A stretch of 64,000 nucleotides of DNA from Anaerolineaceae bacterium (GCA_020634115.1 JACKCH010000011.1:667945-731944), one strand, 5' to 3'. Numbered from the stretch's first letter, positions 19,320-29,444 are shown. The notes: generated by a model not told the origin, from the letters alone. A program made the numbers and translations.

Positions 19320-19952
19320 TCAATACTCCGCTTGTGGGCGTAAGACCGCGCGTACCGGTGAACCGCACGCGCCAGCGAGCTTTAGCGGTAGCGCGACCAG
19401 TTCATACTGGCCGTCGGGCACGCCGCGCAGTTGTAATGTCTCAATATTCACAATTTTATGACGGTTCAGCGCGTGGTGACATGGGAGATCAGTGCTGGTG
19501 AAGGCGTCCACCGAAGGCGAATCCAGGCCGATCAACCGGATTCCCAGCCCGGCCAGCCATGCGATCAGTTCCACGCTTAGATACGGGAAGGTTTCCGGCC
19601 ACTGGTCGTCGGGCAGGTCGCTGACAGGACTGTGAATCAACAACCGTTCCGCCCCGGTCAGGTCAACATGGTCGAAATCCGCCGGGAACAAGGGGCCATC
19701 CCCCTTGCTCACAGTGACCACTCGCGCTTTCCCAATATAAGCATCCAGTGGCATCGCTGCCGGGTGAGCGCCATCCGCTTCGTAGTGATAATAGGCGTCG
19801 GCGTGTGTTCCCAGGTGGGCGGTGGTCGTGAAAGTTGTCAGATTGACCGAGTCGCCATCTGCTAGCCGCATGACGTGAGTCAGCGTAAACGGCGTGTCGC
19901 CGGGCCAGACGCGCAGTGCCGACGAAATGGTGCGGGTGATATCGTAAAGCAT
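19320..19952 (-). CDS. cyclase family protein / arylformamidase (kynurenine formamidase-like)
   Basis: HLGTHADAYYH motif (HxGTHxDxPxH). Confidence 0.7.
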   Translation of the reverse strand: MLYDITRTISSALRVWPGDTPFTLTHVMRLADGDSVNLTTFTTTAHLGTHADAYYHYEADGAHPAAMPLDAYIGKARVVTVSKGDGPLFPADFDHVDLTGAERLLIHSPVSDLPDDQWPETFPYLSVELIAWLAGLGIRLIGLDSPSVDAFTSTDLPCHHALNRHKIVNIETLQLRGVPDGQYELVALPLKLAGACGSPVRAVLRPQAEY

Positions 19953-20296
19953 GATTGGTTTAGGTGTTCTCCCGGCAGTGGCAGAGCAGTTTCCAATAAT
20001 CTGACTCTATCACAGAGTCGGATGAGGGAAACATTGTTTTCCCGAAACAATTGTCGGGGTTTGCTAACAGGTTGAACGGTGCTGGCCGCCAGTCACTGTT
20101 GAAGGGGACGGTGTAAATCTGCTATGCTTGTCGTGGAAAAACGCCTTTCCTGCTGATGTTAGAAGTTACCGACAAAGCCGCTGAGAGCCAACCGCGCCCG
20201 GACATGCTTGATCTTGGTCGCTGCTGGTACGTCGCTGAAAATGACTGCTCCCGCCCTCATTCCACAGCGCGTATATGGATAGGAGATTCGAGAAAA

Positions 20297-21190
20297 ATGA
20301 TGGTACGTCGCTTTACAATTGTGATCCTGCTGTTTGCTGTATTGCTAGCCGCTAGCGCCGTCGCTCTGGCGCAGGACGTCACCCCGGAGTCAACCCCTGA
20401 GGCGGAAACCACCGAAGTTCCCGCTGCGACCCCAATACCCCCGGAAATTCTGGTGCCACAGGTGATCGAAGTCTATCCGCACGACACCGCCGCCTATACC
20501 CAGGGGCTGCTGCTGGATAACGGCCAATTGTACGAAAGCACTGGTCAACGTGGCGAGTCCACGCTGCGGTTGGTGAACCTGGAAACCGGCGAGGCCGTGC
20601 AGCAGGTTTCGGTAGATGACGCCTATTTTGCCGAGGGTCTGGCACTGGTGGATGACCGTCTGATCCAACTAACCTGGCAGGCCGGGATCGCATTTGTCTA
20701 CGACAAGGATACTTTCGAACAGGTCGGCACCTTTGACTACGAAGGGGAAGGTTGGGGGCTGTGTTATGACGGCGAGTCGCTCTATATGAGCGATGGCACC
20801 GACACGCTTACGCAGCGCAACCCAGAAACCTTTGAGGTGCTGAATACGTTGGTGGTGACGTATTTGGGCGATCCAGTCAGCGAATACGCCTTCCGGGGAC
20901 AGCGGATTGACCTGTTGAACGAAATGGAATGTGTGGGCGATTCGATTTATGTCAATGTCTGGCAGACGAACCTTATCTATCGGATTGACAAGAGCACCGG
21001 GGCGATCACCGGGCTGATTGACGCCAGCCAACTCCTGACACAGGAAGAATTCATTGAGGTGCTGACCGCCAGCAGTAACAATGTGCTGAATGGCATCGCC
21101 TATGACGTGGAAAACGATCAGTTCCTGCTCACCGGCAAACGCTGGCCGAAGCTGTTCCGGGTGGTATTCGTTCCCTACGAAGGGCAATAA
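20297..21190 (+). CDS. glutaminyl-peptide cyclotransferase (bacterial/plant beta-propeller type), secreted
   Basis: AGGAG ribosome-binding site. Signal peptide. YTQGLLLDNGQLYESTG motif. Confidence 0.7.
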   Translation: MMVRRFTIVILLFAVLLAASAVALAQDVTPESTPEAETTEVPAATPIPPEILVPQVIEVYPHDTAAYTQGLLLDNGQLYESTGQRGESTLRLVNLETGEAVQQVSVDDAYFAEGLALVDDRLIQLTWQAGIAFVYDKDTFEQVGTFDYEGEGWGLCYDGESLYMSDGTDTLTQRNPETFEVLNTLVVTYLGDPVSEYAFRGQRIDLLNEMECVGDSIYVNVWQTNLIYRIDKSTGAITGLIDASQLLTQEEFIEVLTASSNNVLNGIAYDVENDQFLLTGKRWPKLFRVVFVPYEGQ

Positions 21191-21199
21191 TTCGCAGCA

Positions 21200-21228
21200 T
21201 AGGGGCAGGTCAATGTGTCTGCCCCTAC
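21200..21228. repeat. REP-like hairpin TAGGGGCAG...CTGCCCCTA
   Basis: 9-bp stem immediately downstream of the 21190 stop. Confidence 0.6.
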
Positions 21229-21392
21229 ACATTTCCCACGTCCAGACAGAGTCCTGCAGGGTTTACACCCGCAGCGAATCGCGAAACTCTCTAATGGTAT
21301 AGGACGATTCCGCGCCATTGTGATACATAAATTGCGTTAGAAATGCGCCATAGTTTCACTTAATAAAATACCCGATATCAAAGGTGATCGGC

Positions 21393-22808
21393 ATGGCTTT
21401 CGGCGAAAAATTACCCGTAAAATTATTGATGGGTGCGGCGCAGGTCGCCTCCCTGACATGGCCGGTTGCGCCGGCTCTCTTCCCTGAAAAACTCGAAATA
21501 GACGACAATCAGGCGCTGTGGGTCAAACAGTCGCCGCCCTACACGCCGGGTGAACCGCTGCGGGGGGATATTGACGTAGACCTGGCGATCATCGGTGGCG
21601 GGTTTACCGGCGTTTCGACAGCCTACCATTTCAACCGCCGCTACCCCGAAAAGCGCGTCGCGCTGCTGGAAGCGAAAAGCCTGGCGAACGGCGCCAGCGG
21701 ACGTAACGGTGGGATGCTGCTCAACTGGTTGAGCGACCATGCCGGATACACTGACGAGATGCTGGCACAGGTGTATCACATGACCAGCCAGGGCATTCAG
21801 ATGATTCTGGACATCATCCAGCGCCATAACCTCGATGTCAGCCACCGGGTAGACGGCACGCTGCAAGTATATACTGACGCGGCGCGGGCAGAAGCGGCGC
21901 ACGCCGAAACCGAGCAACTGAACGCGCTCGGCATCCCGACCCAATACCTCGACTCGGCGGCGCTGCAAGAAAAACTCCATTTACGCGGCGCGTGTGGCGC
22001 AGTACTTGATCCCGGCACGGGGCAGATCAACGGTGCGCAGTTGGTGCGCGGGCTGCGTCCGGTACTGGTTGAGGGAGGAGTTGAGATTTACGAAGGGACT
22101 CCGGTGCTGAAAATCCGCGAAGGCAGCACCATCACCCTGACGACACCTCAGGGCGAAGTGCGGGCGAAGGCGATTGTCCTGGGGACAAACGGCTACACCG
22201 GCAAACTCGGTTATTTCCAGGACGCGGTGTTCCCGCTGCACTCGCATGTATTTGCCACCGCCCCGCTGACCGCCGAACAGCAGACCGGCCTGGGCTGGCG
22301 GTCATTCGCCGGGTACAGCGACGATTTGGACCGGATTTCCTACTCGGTGCTGACCAGCGAGGGGAACGTTGTGTTTGGTGGCGGCAGCAACCAATCCTAC
22401 GCGTACCTGTTCAAGAACCGTACCGCTTACCCCGGCACGCCAGACTCAGCGCCGCACGCCTTCCAGAAGATGCGTGATACGATGACGGATTACATCCCAG
22501 ATACACCCTACCTGCCCATCCAGCACCGCTGGACAGGCACACTCGGTATCACGTTGCGGCGGAACTGGCTGCTGGGCGTGCGTGGCGAAAACCGCAACAT
22601 CTACTATTCGGTGGGCTACTGCGGGCATGGCGTGACGCTGGCGAACGTGGCCGGGAAGATTCTCACCCAGATGTACAGTGGGGATGATGAAGCCTATCGC
22701 GGGCTGCCATTCTATCAGGCCGACTACGGGCGTATCCCGCCGGAGCCATTCCGCTGGATGGGCTACCAGTTCTTCACGCGCCTGACGGGGAAGTCGCCGC
22801 GTATCTAA
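21393..22808 (+). CDS. FAD-dependent oxidoreductase (DAO family)
   Basis: DLAIIGGGFTGVSTAYHF dinucleotide-binding motif. AAAGGTGAT ribosome-binding site. Alternative GTG at 21384. Confidence 0.7.
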   Translation: MAFGEKLPVKLLMGAAQVASLTWPVAPALFPEKLEIDDNQALWVKQSPPYTPGEPLRGDIDVDLAIIGGGFTGVSTAYHFNRRYPEKRVALLEAKSLANGASGRNGGMLLNWLSDHAGYTDEMLAQVYHMTSQGIQMILDIIQRHNLDVSHRVDGTLQVYTDAARAEAAHAETEQLNALGIPTQYLDSAALQEKLHLRGACGAVLDPGTGQINGAQLVRGLRPVLVEGGVEIYEGTPVLKIREGSTITLTTPQGEVRAKAIVLGTNGYTGKLGYFQDAVFPLHSHVFATAPLTAEQQTGLGWRSFAGYSDDLDRISYSVLTSEGNVVFGGGSNQSYAYLFKNRTAYPGTPDSAPHAFQKMRDTMTDYIPDTPYLPIQHRWTGTLGITLRRNWLLGVRGENRNIYYSVGYCGHGVTLANVAGKILTQMYSGDDEAYRGLPFYQADYGRIPPEPFRWMGYQFFTRLTGKSPRI

Positions 22809-22810
22809 GC

Positions 22811-22838
22811 GACGACCCCCTGCTAAAACCGGGCAGAT
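22811..22838. repeat. left 28-nt direct repeat flanking the HNH module (GACGACCCCCTGCTAAAACCGGGCAGAT)
   Basis: Matches 23669-23696 at 25/28 positions. Confidence 0.75.
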
Positions 22839-22926
22839 ATTGAAACTTCTCGAAATTCCAAGTGTCCGATAGAAGCAATTGCTTGGTGTACAATAGAATG
22901 AAAGCGTTTGTGAGGATGTGAAACCC

Positions 22927-23181
22927 ATGAGCGACTACACCGCGTTCGCCAGTATCCAGGAAGAAGTGCTGACCTTCCTGCTATCAGCACCTACTCCCGA
23001 ACATATCATCGCCTTCCATGCGTCCGAGGCGGCCCAGGCACGTCTGCGCTATCTGCTGGATGCCAACCGTGAAGGCACGCTCAGTCTGGAGGAACACGCC
23101 GAACTGGATGAAGCCAGCCAGATGAATCACTTCGTTACGCTGCTTAAGGCGAAGGCACACCAGGCGATGAAGGGCGAATGA
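22927..23181 (+). CDS. small hypothetical protein upstream of and translationally coupled to the HNH endonuclease
   Basis: TACAAT -10 box at about 22888. GAGGATG ribosome-binding site. Stop overlaps the next start (ATGA). Confidence 0.55.
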   Translation: MSDYTAFASIQEEVLTFLLSAPTPEHIIAFHASEAAQARLRYLLDANREGTLSLEEHAELDEASQMNHFVTLLKAKAHQAMKGE

Positions 23182-23600
23182 CGTACATCCCCGAATCTTT
23201 ACGCCGTCAGGTCGTTGAACGGGCCAATGGATGCTGTGAATACTGCCTGTTACCCCAGGACGTTAGTCTATACACCCATGAGGTGGATCACATCATTGCG
23301 GAGAAACATCGTGGTGAAACCGTGCTTGAGAATCTGTGCCTGGCCTGTTTAGACTGTAACCGGGCGAAAGGCAGTGATTTCGGCTCGTTCGATGTCGAAA
23401 CCGGCGAAATTACCTTGCTCTATAATCCGCGTCAGCAAGCATGGGATGACCATTTTCGCTTAGAAGGATCACGTATCATACCGCTTTCCCCAGAAGGCCG
23501 CGTTACCGTATTTGTCTTGAAGCTCAACGACGAAATCCGCGTCAGGGCACATCAAGCACTGCTCGAAGCAGGCAAGTACCCAGCAAAAAGGGAATCATGA
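23178..23600 (+). CDS. HNH endonuclease
   Basis: CCEYC...HEVDHII...N...CLDCNRAKG HNH signature. Confidence 0.8.
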   Translation: MTYIPESLRRQVVERANGCCEYCLLPQDVSLYTHEVDHIIAEKHRGETVLENLCLACLDCNRAKGSDFGSFDVETGEITLLYNPRQQAWDDHFRLEGSRIIPLSPEGRVTVFVLKLNDEIRVRAHQALLEAGKYPAKRES

Positions 23601-23668
23601 TTCCAGTACCCGTTACGGATTGATGGCAGTTTCCATTATTTGGACTCCAAAAGAAACCATATATAGGC

Positions 23669-23696
23669 GACGCTCCCCTACTAAAACCGGGCAGAT
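23669..23696. repeat. right 28-nt direct repeat flanking the HNH module (GACGCTCCCCTACTAAAACCGGGCAGAT)
   Basis: Pairs with 22811-22838. Confidence 0.75.
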
Positions 23697-23740
23697 CAGG
23701 TACAATGACGCCTATTACCGACCAGCAAAGTGAGGCTGAG

Positions 23741-24526
23741 ATGGGTTTTTCGGATATTACTGGGGTCATCCTGGATATGGATGGGGTGCTGTGGCGCGGT
23801 GACGAGCCGCTGCCGGGCATGGTGGATTTTCTGAATATGCTGCGGGCGCGGGGGATCCCATTCGTCCTGGCGACCAACAACAGCAGCAAAACCCCGGCGA
23901 ACTATGTGGCGAAACTGGCAAAATTGGGTGTCCCAGATGTGTCGGAAACACAGGTGATTACCTCCGGCATGGCGACGGCGGCCTATCTACAGGAACGCAC
24001 TCCGGCAGGCACGCGAGTCTATGTGGTGGGCGGGGACGGCCTGCGGGAGATCATGCGCGGGGCGGGATTCACTGTCTGCGACACGGATGTGGACTTTGTA
24101 GTTGCGGGAATGGATCCCGATTTGACGTATGAAAAGCTGAAGCGGGGCGCATTGCTCATCCGGGCGGGGGCGACCTTTATCGGCACCAACGCGGATCGCA
24201 CGTTTCCCACCCCCGAAGGGCTTGTCCCCGGCGCGGGCAGTGTCCTGGCGGCGTTGGAAACCGCAACTGACCAGCAGCCGACCATCATTGGCAAGCCGTA
24301 TGATCCGATGTTCCGCACGGCGCTGCATACCCTAGGTACACTGCCGGACGATACTCTGATGATTGGCGACCGGCTGAATACCGACATCGCCGGGGCGCTG
24401 CACATGGGGCTGCCCACCCTCCTCGTGCTCTCCGGCGTCACCCGGCGCGAGGAACTGGAAACTGGCGACATTCAGCCCGATTGGGTCTATGAGAATCTGG
24501 CGGCGCTGCTGGCCGATTGGGGATGA
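23741..24526 (+). CDS. HAD-IIA family hydrolase (NagD-like sugar phosphatase)
   Basis: ILDMDGVLW motif. ATNNSS. GDRLNTDI. GTGAGG ribosome-binding site. Alternative start at 23705. Confidence 0.7.
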   Translation: MGFSDITGVILDMDGVLWRGDEPLPGMVDFLNMLRARGIPFVLATNNSSKTPANYVAKLAKLGVPDVSETQVITSGMATAAYLQERTPAGTRVYVVGGDGLREIMRGAGFTVCDTDVDFVVAGMDPDLTYEKLKRGALLIRAGATFIGTNADRTFPTPEGLVPGAGSVLAALETATDQQPTIIGKPYDPMFRTALHTLGTLPDDTLMIGDRLNTDIAGALHMGLPTLLVLSGVTRREELETGDIQPDWVYENLAALLADWG

Positions 24527-24605
24527 GAAATACCCCCTACCTACGAAAGGATAAACGCGACAGGATGTGTGCTGCGGTACGCGGCTGTCGTCTGTTTGAG
24601 CGAAC

Positions 24606-25487
24606 ATGACCGATAACCTATCCCCCAAACCCGAACGGCAGCACCCGCTGTACAACATGCGGCCACCCACACCGCGTCCCGCGCCCGACCCAAACGCCCC
24701 GCAAAGACCGCGGCGGCACGTCAAACTGGCGCGCCCCACCGCGACATATATCCTGATCGCTGTGAATGTGTTGGTTTTTGTGGTGCGGGCGCTGTCGGTG
24801 GATCTGAACTGGTCACTGCTGGATTGGGGGGCGAATAGTCCACAGCTGGTCTTGCAGGCGGGCGAATATTACCGGCTGTTTACTTCGATGTTCCTGCACG
24901 CCAGTATCTACGCACCGTCCGGCGGTTGGGCTTTAGCGAACAGCGCCCATCTTGCGTTCAATATGTACATTCTCTATGTGGTAGGGCGGGGTCTGGAGCC
25001 GGTTTTCCGCGCACCCCGGTTTACCGCCATCTACCTGCTGGGCGGCCTGACCGGATCACTCCTGAGCGCCCTGCTGGGGGATTGGCAGTCGTACTCGGTG
25101 GGGGCGTCCGGCGCGGTATTCGCTGTGCTGGGGGCAGAGTTTATTTTCCTATATCAGCACAAGGAAATGATGGGGGCAGCCGGGGCGGCACAGCGCCGCA
25201 GTCTCATCAACCTGGGCGTAATTAACCTGATCTTCGGCCTGCTGGCGAACAGCGCCGGCAGCGCGATGCGGATAGACAATTGGGCGCATATCGGCGGGCT
25301 GGCAGGCGGCGTTATCCTGGCGTGGTTTCTCGGCCCGAAGGTCACGCTGCGCCCGGACCCGCTCGACCCGAATACTCTGGTGGTGGACGACGCCAACCCA
25401 TTTTCCGGGCGGTTAGGCGTGATCTTCGCTTACACTGCCGGGCTGGTCATTCTGCTGCTGCTCGGCATGGGGCGGACGGGCGGCTAA
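24606..25487 (+). CDS. rhomboid family intramembrane serine protease
   Basis: GASGAVFAVLGA (GxSG) motif plus downstream His in a 6-transmembrane core. Confidence 0.75.
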   Translation: MTDNLSPKPERQHPLYNMRPPTPRPAPDPNAPQRPRRHVKLARPTATYILIAVNVLVFVVRALSVDLNWSLLDWGANSPQLVLQAGEYYRLFTSMFLHASIYAPSGGWALANSAHLAFNMYILYVVGRGLEPVFRAPRFTAIYLLGGLTGSLLSALLGDWQSYSVGASGAVFAVLGAEFIFLYQHKEMMGAAGAAQRRSLINLGVINLIFGLLANSAGSAMRIDNWAHIGGLAGGVILAWFLGPKVTLRPDPLDPNTLVVDDANPFSGRLGVIFAYTAGLVILLLLGMGRTGG

Positions 25488-25841
25488 CGCCTGCTGCGCC
25501 TGTTCCAGTTCCCAGCGTAGCAGGGCAAGCTGTTGGGCGGTGTCCTTGTTTTCCTGTGCCAGTCGGGTCAGCACAGTTGAAAAATGCAGCAGCATCAGCA
25601 AAATAAACACCAACGCGACGACGAAAAGGGCGCTCGGCGGGTAATAAATTCCCACCAGTCCCGCCAGCACGTCCAGCAAGGGGCGCGAGATACTCAATAA
25701 GATCAGCACCAGCGCCGTCGCCAGCCAGAGCAGCGAGTATTCCTCGCGCAGCCGCCGCTGGCGCACCAGTTCCAGCACAAACACCAGCATCCCGATAGAC
25801 GCCGCCAACCCGAACAGGATCGCCCGATCAATTTCCAGCAT
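25413..25841 (-). CDS. DUF2304-like small membrane protein
   Basis: Three transmembrane helices plus a C-terminal coiled-coil. The 3' end overlaps the rhomboid gene by 75 nt. Confidence 0.5.
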   Translation of the reverse strand: MLEIDRAILFGLAASIGMLVFVLELVRQRRLREEYSLLWLATALVLILLSISRPLLDVLAGLVGIYYPPSALFVVALVFILLMLLHFSTVLTRLAQENKDTAQQLALLRWELEQAQQALAARPPHAEQQQNDQPGSVSEDHA

Positions 25842-25921
25842 ACTTACCTCTCATTTGGTGACGGTGTTACCCCATGATACAATCAGATTATCGATAGGCC
25901 GGTGGAAAAGGTACACCTTCG

Positions 25922-26236
25922 ATGCAAATTGTGCCTCGTTACAAAATACTGCTTCGCTATGATATTCGGCTGGGGATGCAAGAACCCTACTATCAGTTTA
26001 TCATGAACGAATTCCTGCCGGGGATGCAGAATATGGGCATCTACCCGATTGCGGCCTATCATACCGCCTACGGGGATTACCCGGTGCGCCAGTTGGATTT
26101 TGTGACGGAAAACCTGGATACCGTGCGCGAAGTCTTTGAGAGCGAACGCTGGGTCACGCTGGAAGACCGGTTGAAATCCTTCATCATTCACTATGACCGC
26201 AAAATTGTGCGCTACCGCGATAGTTTCCAGTTTTAA
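25922..26236 (+). CDS. hypothetical protein
   Basis: 104-aa ORF with no recognisable motif. Confidence 0.4.
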   Translation: MQIVPRYKILLRYDIRLGMQEPYYQFIMNEFLPGMQNMGIYPIAAYHTAYGDYPVRQLDFVTENLDTVREVFESERWVTLEDRLKSFIIHYDRKIVRYRDSFQF

Positions 26237-26826
26237 CCCGCGCCCTGCCCACCGCCAAACCGACTCCAATAGAGCGTGACTTCTAACCATTCATCACTGG
26301 TCTTGTACGGTTCTAACCAGCCGTTCCCGGCCTCGTAGCGCAGCGTCGCGCGGCACCAGTCCAGCACCTGCCCCGCCACCTCCGGCGCGACTCGCCCGGA
26401 CGCGAGCATGTGAATCACCAGTTTGCGGCTGTACTTCGAATCCCGCGCCAGCGCATGATACATGAGGTGATAGAGTTCGTGGCAGTTGGCGCACACCTGC
26501 ACCGTCATGGTGTTTTCGCCGTGTGTGGCGATGTCCCACAGGTGATGCCGGTGGGAAACCGGGTAGCCGCAGGCGGCGCAGGCCGTCATGCGCTCTTTGT
26601 GGGTGGGGCGGCGGCGGCGCATCATCTTGCGGTACTTGTGCGCCCGGAAGAAGTCTACCCAGTGCGCCATAATCCCCAGGCGGGTTTCCAGGGCGGGCTG
26701 GCGGGCAAACACCGCTTCAAAATCCGCGATGATTTCCTCGGCCAGCCGTTTGCGGTAGAGATAGCGAATCAAATCCGCGAGTTCGGCGCGCAGCAGCACC
26801 TCACTCAGGTACGTTTTCTGTTCCAT
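26233..26826 (-). CDS. HNH nuclease domain protein
   Basis: CAACGYPVSHRHHLWDI...CANCHELYH. Promoter-like gtgctataat just upstream. Its stop shares TTAA with the convergent gene. Confidence 0.6.
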   Translation of the reverse strand: MEQKTYLSEVLLRAELADLIRYLYRKRLAEEIIADFEAVFARQPALETRLGIMAHWVDFFRAHKYRKMMRRRRPTHKERMTACAACGYPVSHRHHLWDIATHGENTMTVQVCANCHELYHLMYHALARDSKYSRKLVIHMLASGRVAPEVAGQVLDWCRATLRYEAGNGWLEPYKTSDEWLEVTLYWSRFGGGQGAG

Positions 26827-26892
26827 GCTGTATCCCCCCAGCGTATGGGGGTGATTATAGCACAAACGAGCGATTTCGTCGCTGGGAGCGCT

Positions 26893-27927
26893 TCACTCCG
26901 TCACGGTGACTTTGGATAACCCCTCCGGTTTATCCACCGGATGCCCCATCACCTGGGCCAGACGAAAACCGAACAACTGCCCCGGCAGCACCGCGATAAT
27001 CGGGGACAGCCACTCCGGGATATTCGGTAAACGCATCGTCTTATGGGCGAGTGCCAGGGCGGTATTATCGTTACTGATAACCAGATTTTCAGCGTGTCGC
27101 TCGTTCAGCTTTTCTAGCAGATTAACAAGTTTGGGCAGGGTCTTACCGGCGGGCGCAACCGTGATAACCGGGAACCCGGGTTGAATCATGGCAATCGGGC
27201 CGTGCCGGAAGTCCGCCTCGCTGAAACCGCTGCCGGTAATATAACACAGTTCGGTGATCTTCAGGTTGACCTCAAAGGCAGTGCAGTAATTATAGCCGCG
27301 CCCGATGGTCGCAAACTGCGCCATGTAACGGTAGCGTTCCGCCCAGGTGCTGATCGGCTCGCTTAGGCGCAGCGTCTCCCGCGCCAGTGCCGGGAGTTGT
27401 TGCAGGGCGTCCCTGATTTCGGCGCTCTCGGTCAATGCGCCCGCCAGCATCGCCATAACCGTCAGTTCCGCCGTATAGGTCTTGGTTGCCGCAATGCTGA
27501 TCTCTGGCCCGGCCTGAAGGGAGATATGGTGGGCGGCGGTCTGCGCCATCGGTGAATCCGGGTCGTTGGTGATGCTCAGGGTGAATGCCCCCTGTTCGCG
27601 GGCATCGGCCAACACCCGCCGGGCATCTTCGGCCTGCCCGGACTGCGATACCCCAATCACCAATGCGCGGGACAAATCAGGCGGCGCATCATACAGCGTG
27701 TGCAATGAGGGAGTCGCCAGCGCAACCGGTAGACGGGCATAAGCGCCCCAGAGGTACTGAGCGTAACGGGCGGCGTTATCCGATGTGCCACGCGCCGCAA
27801 TAGATACAAACGCCGGGTTAAAGTCGCGTATCGCCCGCGCAATCTCGGCTACGTGCGCGGATTCGGCAGCGAGCAACCGCTGCATCACGTCCGGTTGTTC
27901 CGCAATCTCCTGTTCAAGGTAAGTCAC
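26893..27927 (-). CDS. SIS-domain sugar-phosphate isomerase/aminotransferase (GlmS C-terminal-like / AgaS-like, two SIS domains)
   Basis: 344 aa. GTSDNAARYAQY and second SIS signature. Confidence 0.65.
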   Translation of the reverse strand: MTYLEQEIAEQPDVMQRLLAAESAHVAEIARAIRDFNPAFVSIAARGTSDNAARYAQYLWGAYARLPVALATPSLHTLYDAPPDLSRALVIGVSQSGQAEDARRVLADAREQGAFTLSITNDPDSPMAQTAAHHISLQAGPEISIAATKTYTAELTVMAMLAGALTESAEIRDALQQLPALARETLRLSEPISTWAERYRYMAQFATIGRGYNYCTAFEVNLKITELCYITGSGFSEADFRHGPIAMIQPGFPVITVAPAGKTLPKLVNLLEKLNERHAENLVISNDNTALALAHKTMRLPNIPEWLSPIIAVLPGQLFGFRLAQVMGHPVDKPEGLSKVTVTE

Positions 27928-28691
27928 TGGTTCGCCCTTTCACCCCTGTTGAGTCGGTTCACACGCTCTGCCAGTCTCTCCAGCCGCACCCGCCACCAGA
28001 TGAGCGTCGGCGCAAGCAGCAGCGCCCATACCGCCATGTTGAACCCGAAAGTGATACCCATAGGTGGCGTCATGCCGAATACGTTATCGCTGTTTTGCGG
28101 GCTGGGGCCGATGACAACCGGGTGAATGGTATCCGCCCGCAGGCGGGTAATCAAAAAGGTGGCGATGACTGCACCCATCAGCACGATACCAAGCACGGCC
28201 GCCACCCGCCGATTGCCATCCGGCAGCCCATGACGCAGCATGAGATACGCCAGGCAAATGAGCATCATGACAGCAGAAGCCACCATGCGCGGGTCATCCG
28301 TCCACCAGGTATTCCAGGTTGGCCGCGCCCAGATCGAGCCGAGCAGCACATTGATGAGCGCCAGCACGAACCCGACTTCAATCGCTGCCAGCGCCAACCG
28401 ATCCCAGGACGCCCGGTTGGTGAACAGATACCCTAGACTGCCAATCAGTCCCAGCGTGAAGGCGACAAACGCCCCCATAATGGACGGCACATGAAAATAG
28501 AATAACCGTTGCACATCGCCTTGAATGGCATCAGTCCCGGCATATGTGAGCGCCAGGACCAGACCCGCCAGGAGTCCGGCGGCACTCAGGATAGACAGAC
28601 CAATTAACAGGTTGGGGCGGGGTGACGCTTCAGCCCCAGTCTGGTTTGCAGCCGGTCGGATTTGTGCAGGGTGTTCGCGTATTGCAGTCAT
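27924..28691 (-). CDS. cytochrome c biogenesis heme-handling protein, CcmC/CcsA family
   Basis: WNTWWTDDPRM tryptophan-rich WWD motif in a multi-transmembrane protein. Confidence 0.7.
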   Translation of the reverse strand: MTAIREHPAQIRPAANQTGAEASPRPNLLIGLSILSAAGLLAGLVLALTYAGTDAIQGDVQRLFYFHVPSIMGAFVAFTLGLIGSLGYLFTNRASWDRLALAAIEVGFVLALINVLLGSIWARPTWNTWWTDDPRMVASAVMMLICLAYLMLRHGLPDGNRRVAAVLGIVLMGAVIATFLITRLRADTIHPVVIGPSPQNSDNVFGMTPPMGITFGFNMAVWALLLAPTLIWWRVRLERLAERVNRLNRGERANQ

Positions 28692-28919
28692 GAAAGAATT
28701 CAGTCCTTTGATGTGGATAATGGCGAACGATCAGTCGTCAACCATCTGTTTGCATCCGCCGCTGATTGATAGTTATCGAAACTCATCCACCAGGGCAGAA
28801 AGCTTGGCAAAGAAACCCTGTCTCACAGCACGAAACCGGGTTTCTGACCTTCTCGACAGTAGTATAACAGATCGCTGTATCTGGGTCACACACCACTAAA
28901 AAGTGGCTCCATCCGTGTA

Positions 28920-29444
28920 TTACGATTCGTTGTGCAGCTCTTCGGCGACCCGTTCCGTCCATTGCCGGATTTCCTCCCAGTTGCGGAAATCGCCGTTAAA
29001 GCTACTGGGCCAGGTCCCACCGTCGTAGCGCGCCGCCAGAGTCCAGCGTTCGTTCCAATCGGTTTCTTCCAGATTGAGTTTCCCAGCGAAGGTGGCGGCC
29101 TCCCGCACTTTCACCTCGCGCAACAGGTCATGTTGCAGGTAAAACTCCAGGACGTGTTCCTGCCCGTTTTCTTCCAGAACGCGGATACACGACACCCACA
29201 GGTATACCGGATGTGCGGCCATCCTGGAACCGAATGCTTTGAGAAACGTGGAAAATTCCGGCATCCAGTTTCCGGCGTAAATGGGCGACCCCAGAATAAA
29301 GGCTCCGTAATTTTCGATGGTGTTGATATGCTCGACATTAACGACCTTCGCGGTATGTCCTTTTTCTTGCAGCACCTTGCTCATAAACTGCGCGATTTCA
29401 GCGCTGGAGCCATGTGTAGTGGCGTACGCCAGCAAAACATTCAT
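28920..29444 (-). CDS. flavodoxin-like protein
   Basis: MNVLLAYATTHGSSAEIA...GSPIY flavodoxin signature. Confidence 0.7.
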   Translation of the reverse strand: MNVLLAYATTHGSSAEIAQFMSKVLQEKGHTAKVVNVEHINTIENYGAFILGSPIYAGNWMPEFSTFLKAFGSRMAAHPVYLWVSCIRVLEENGQEHVLEFYLQHDLLREVKVREAATFAGKLNLEETDWNERWTLAARYDGGTWPSSFNGDFRNWEEIRQWTERVAEELHNES

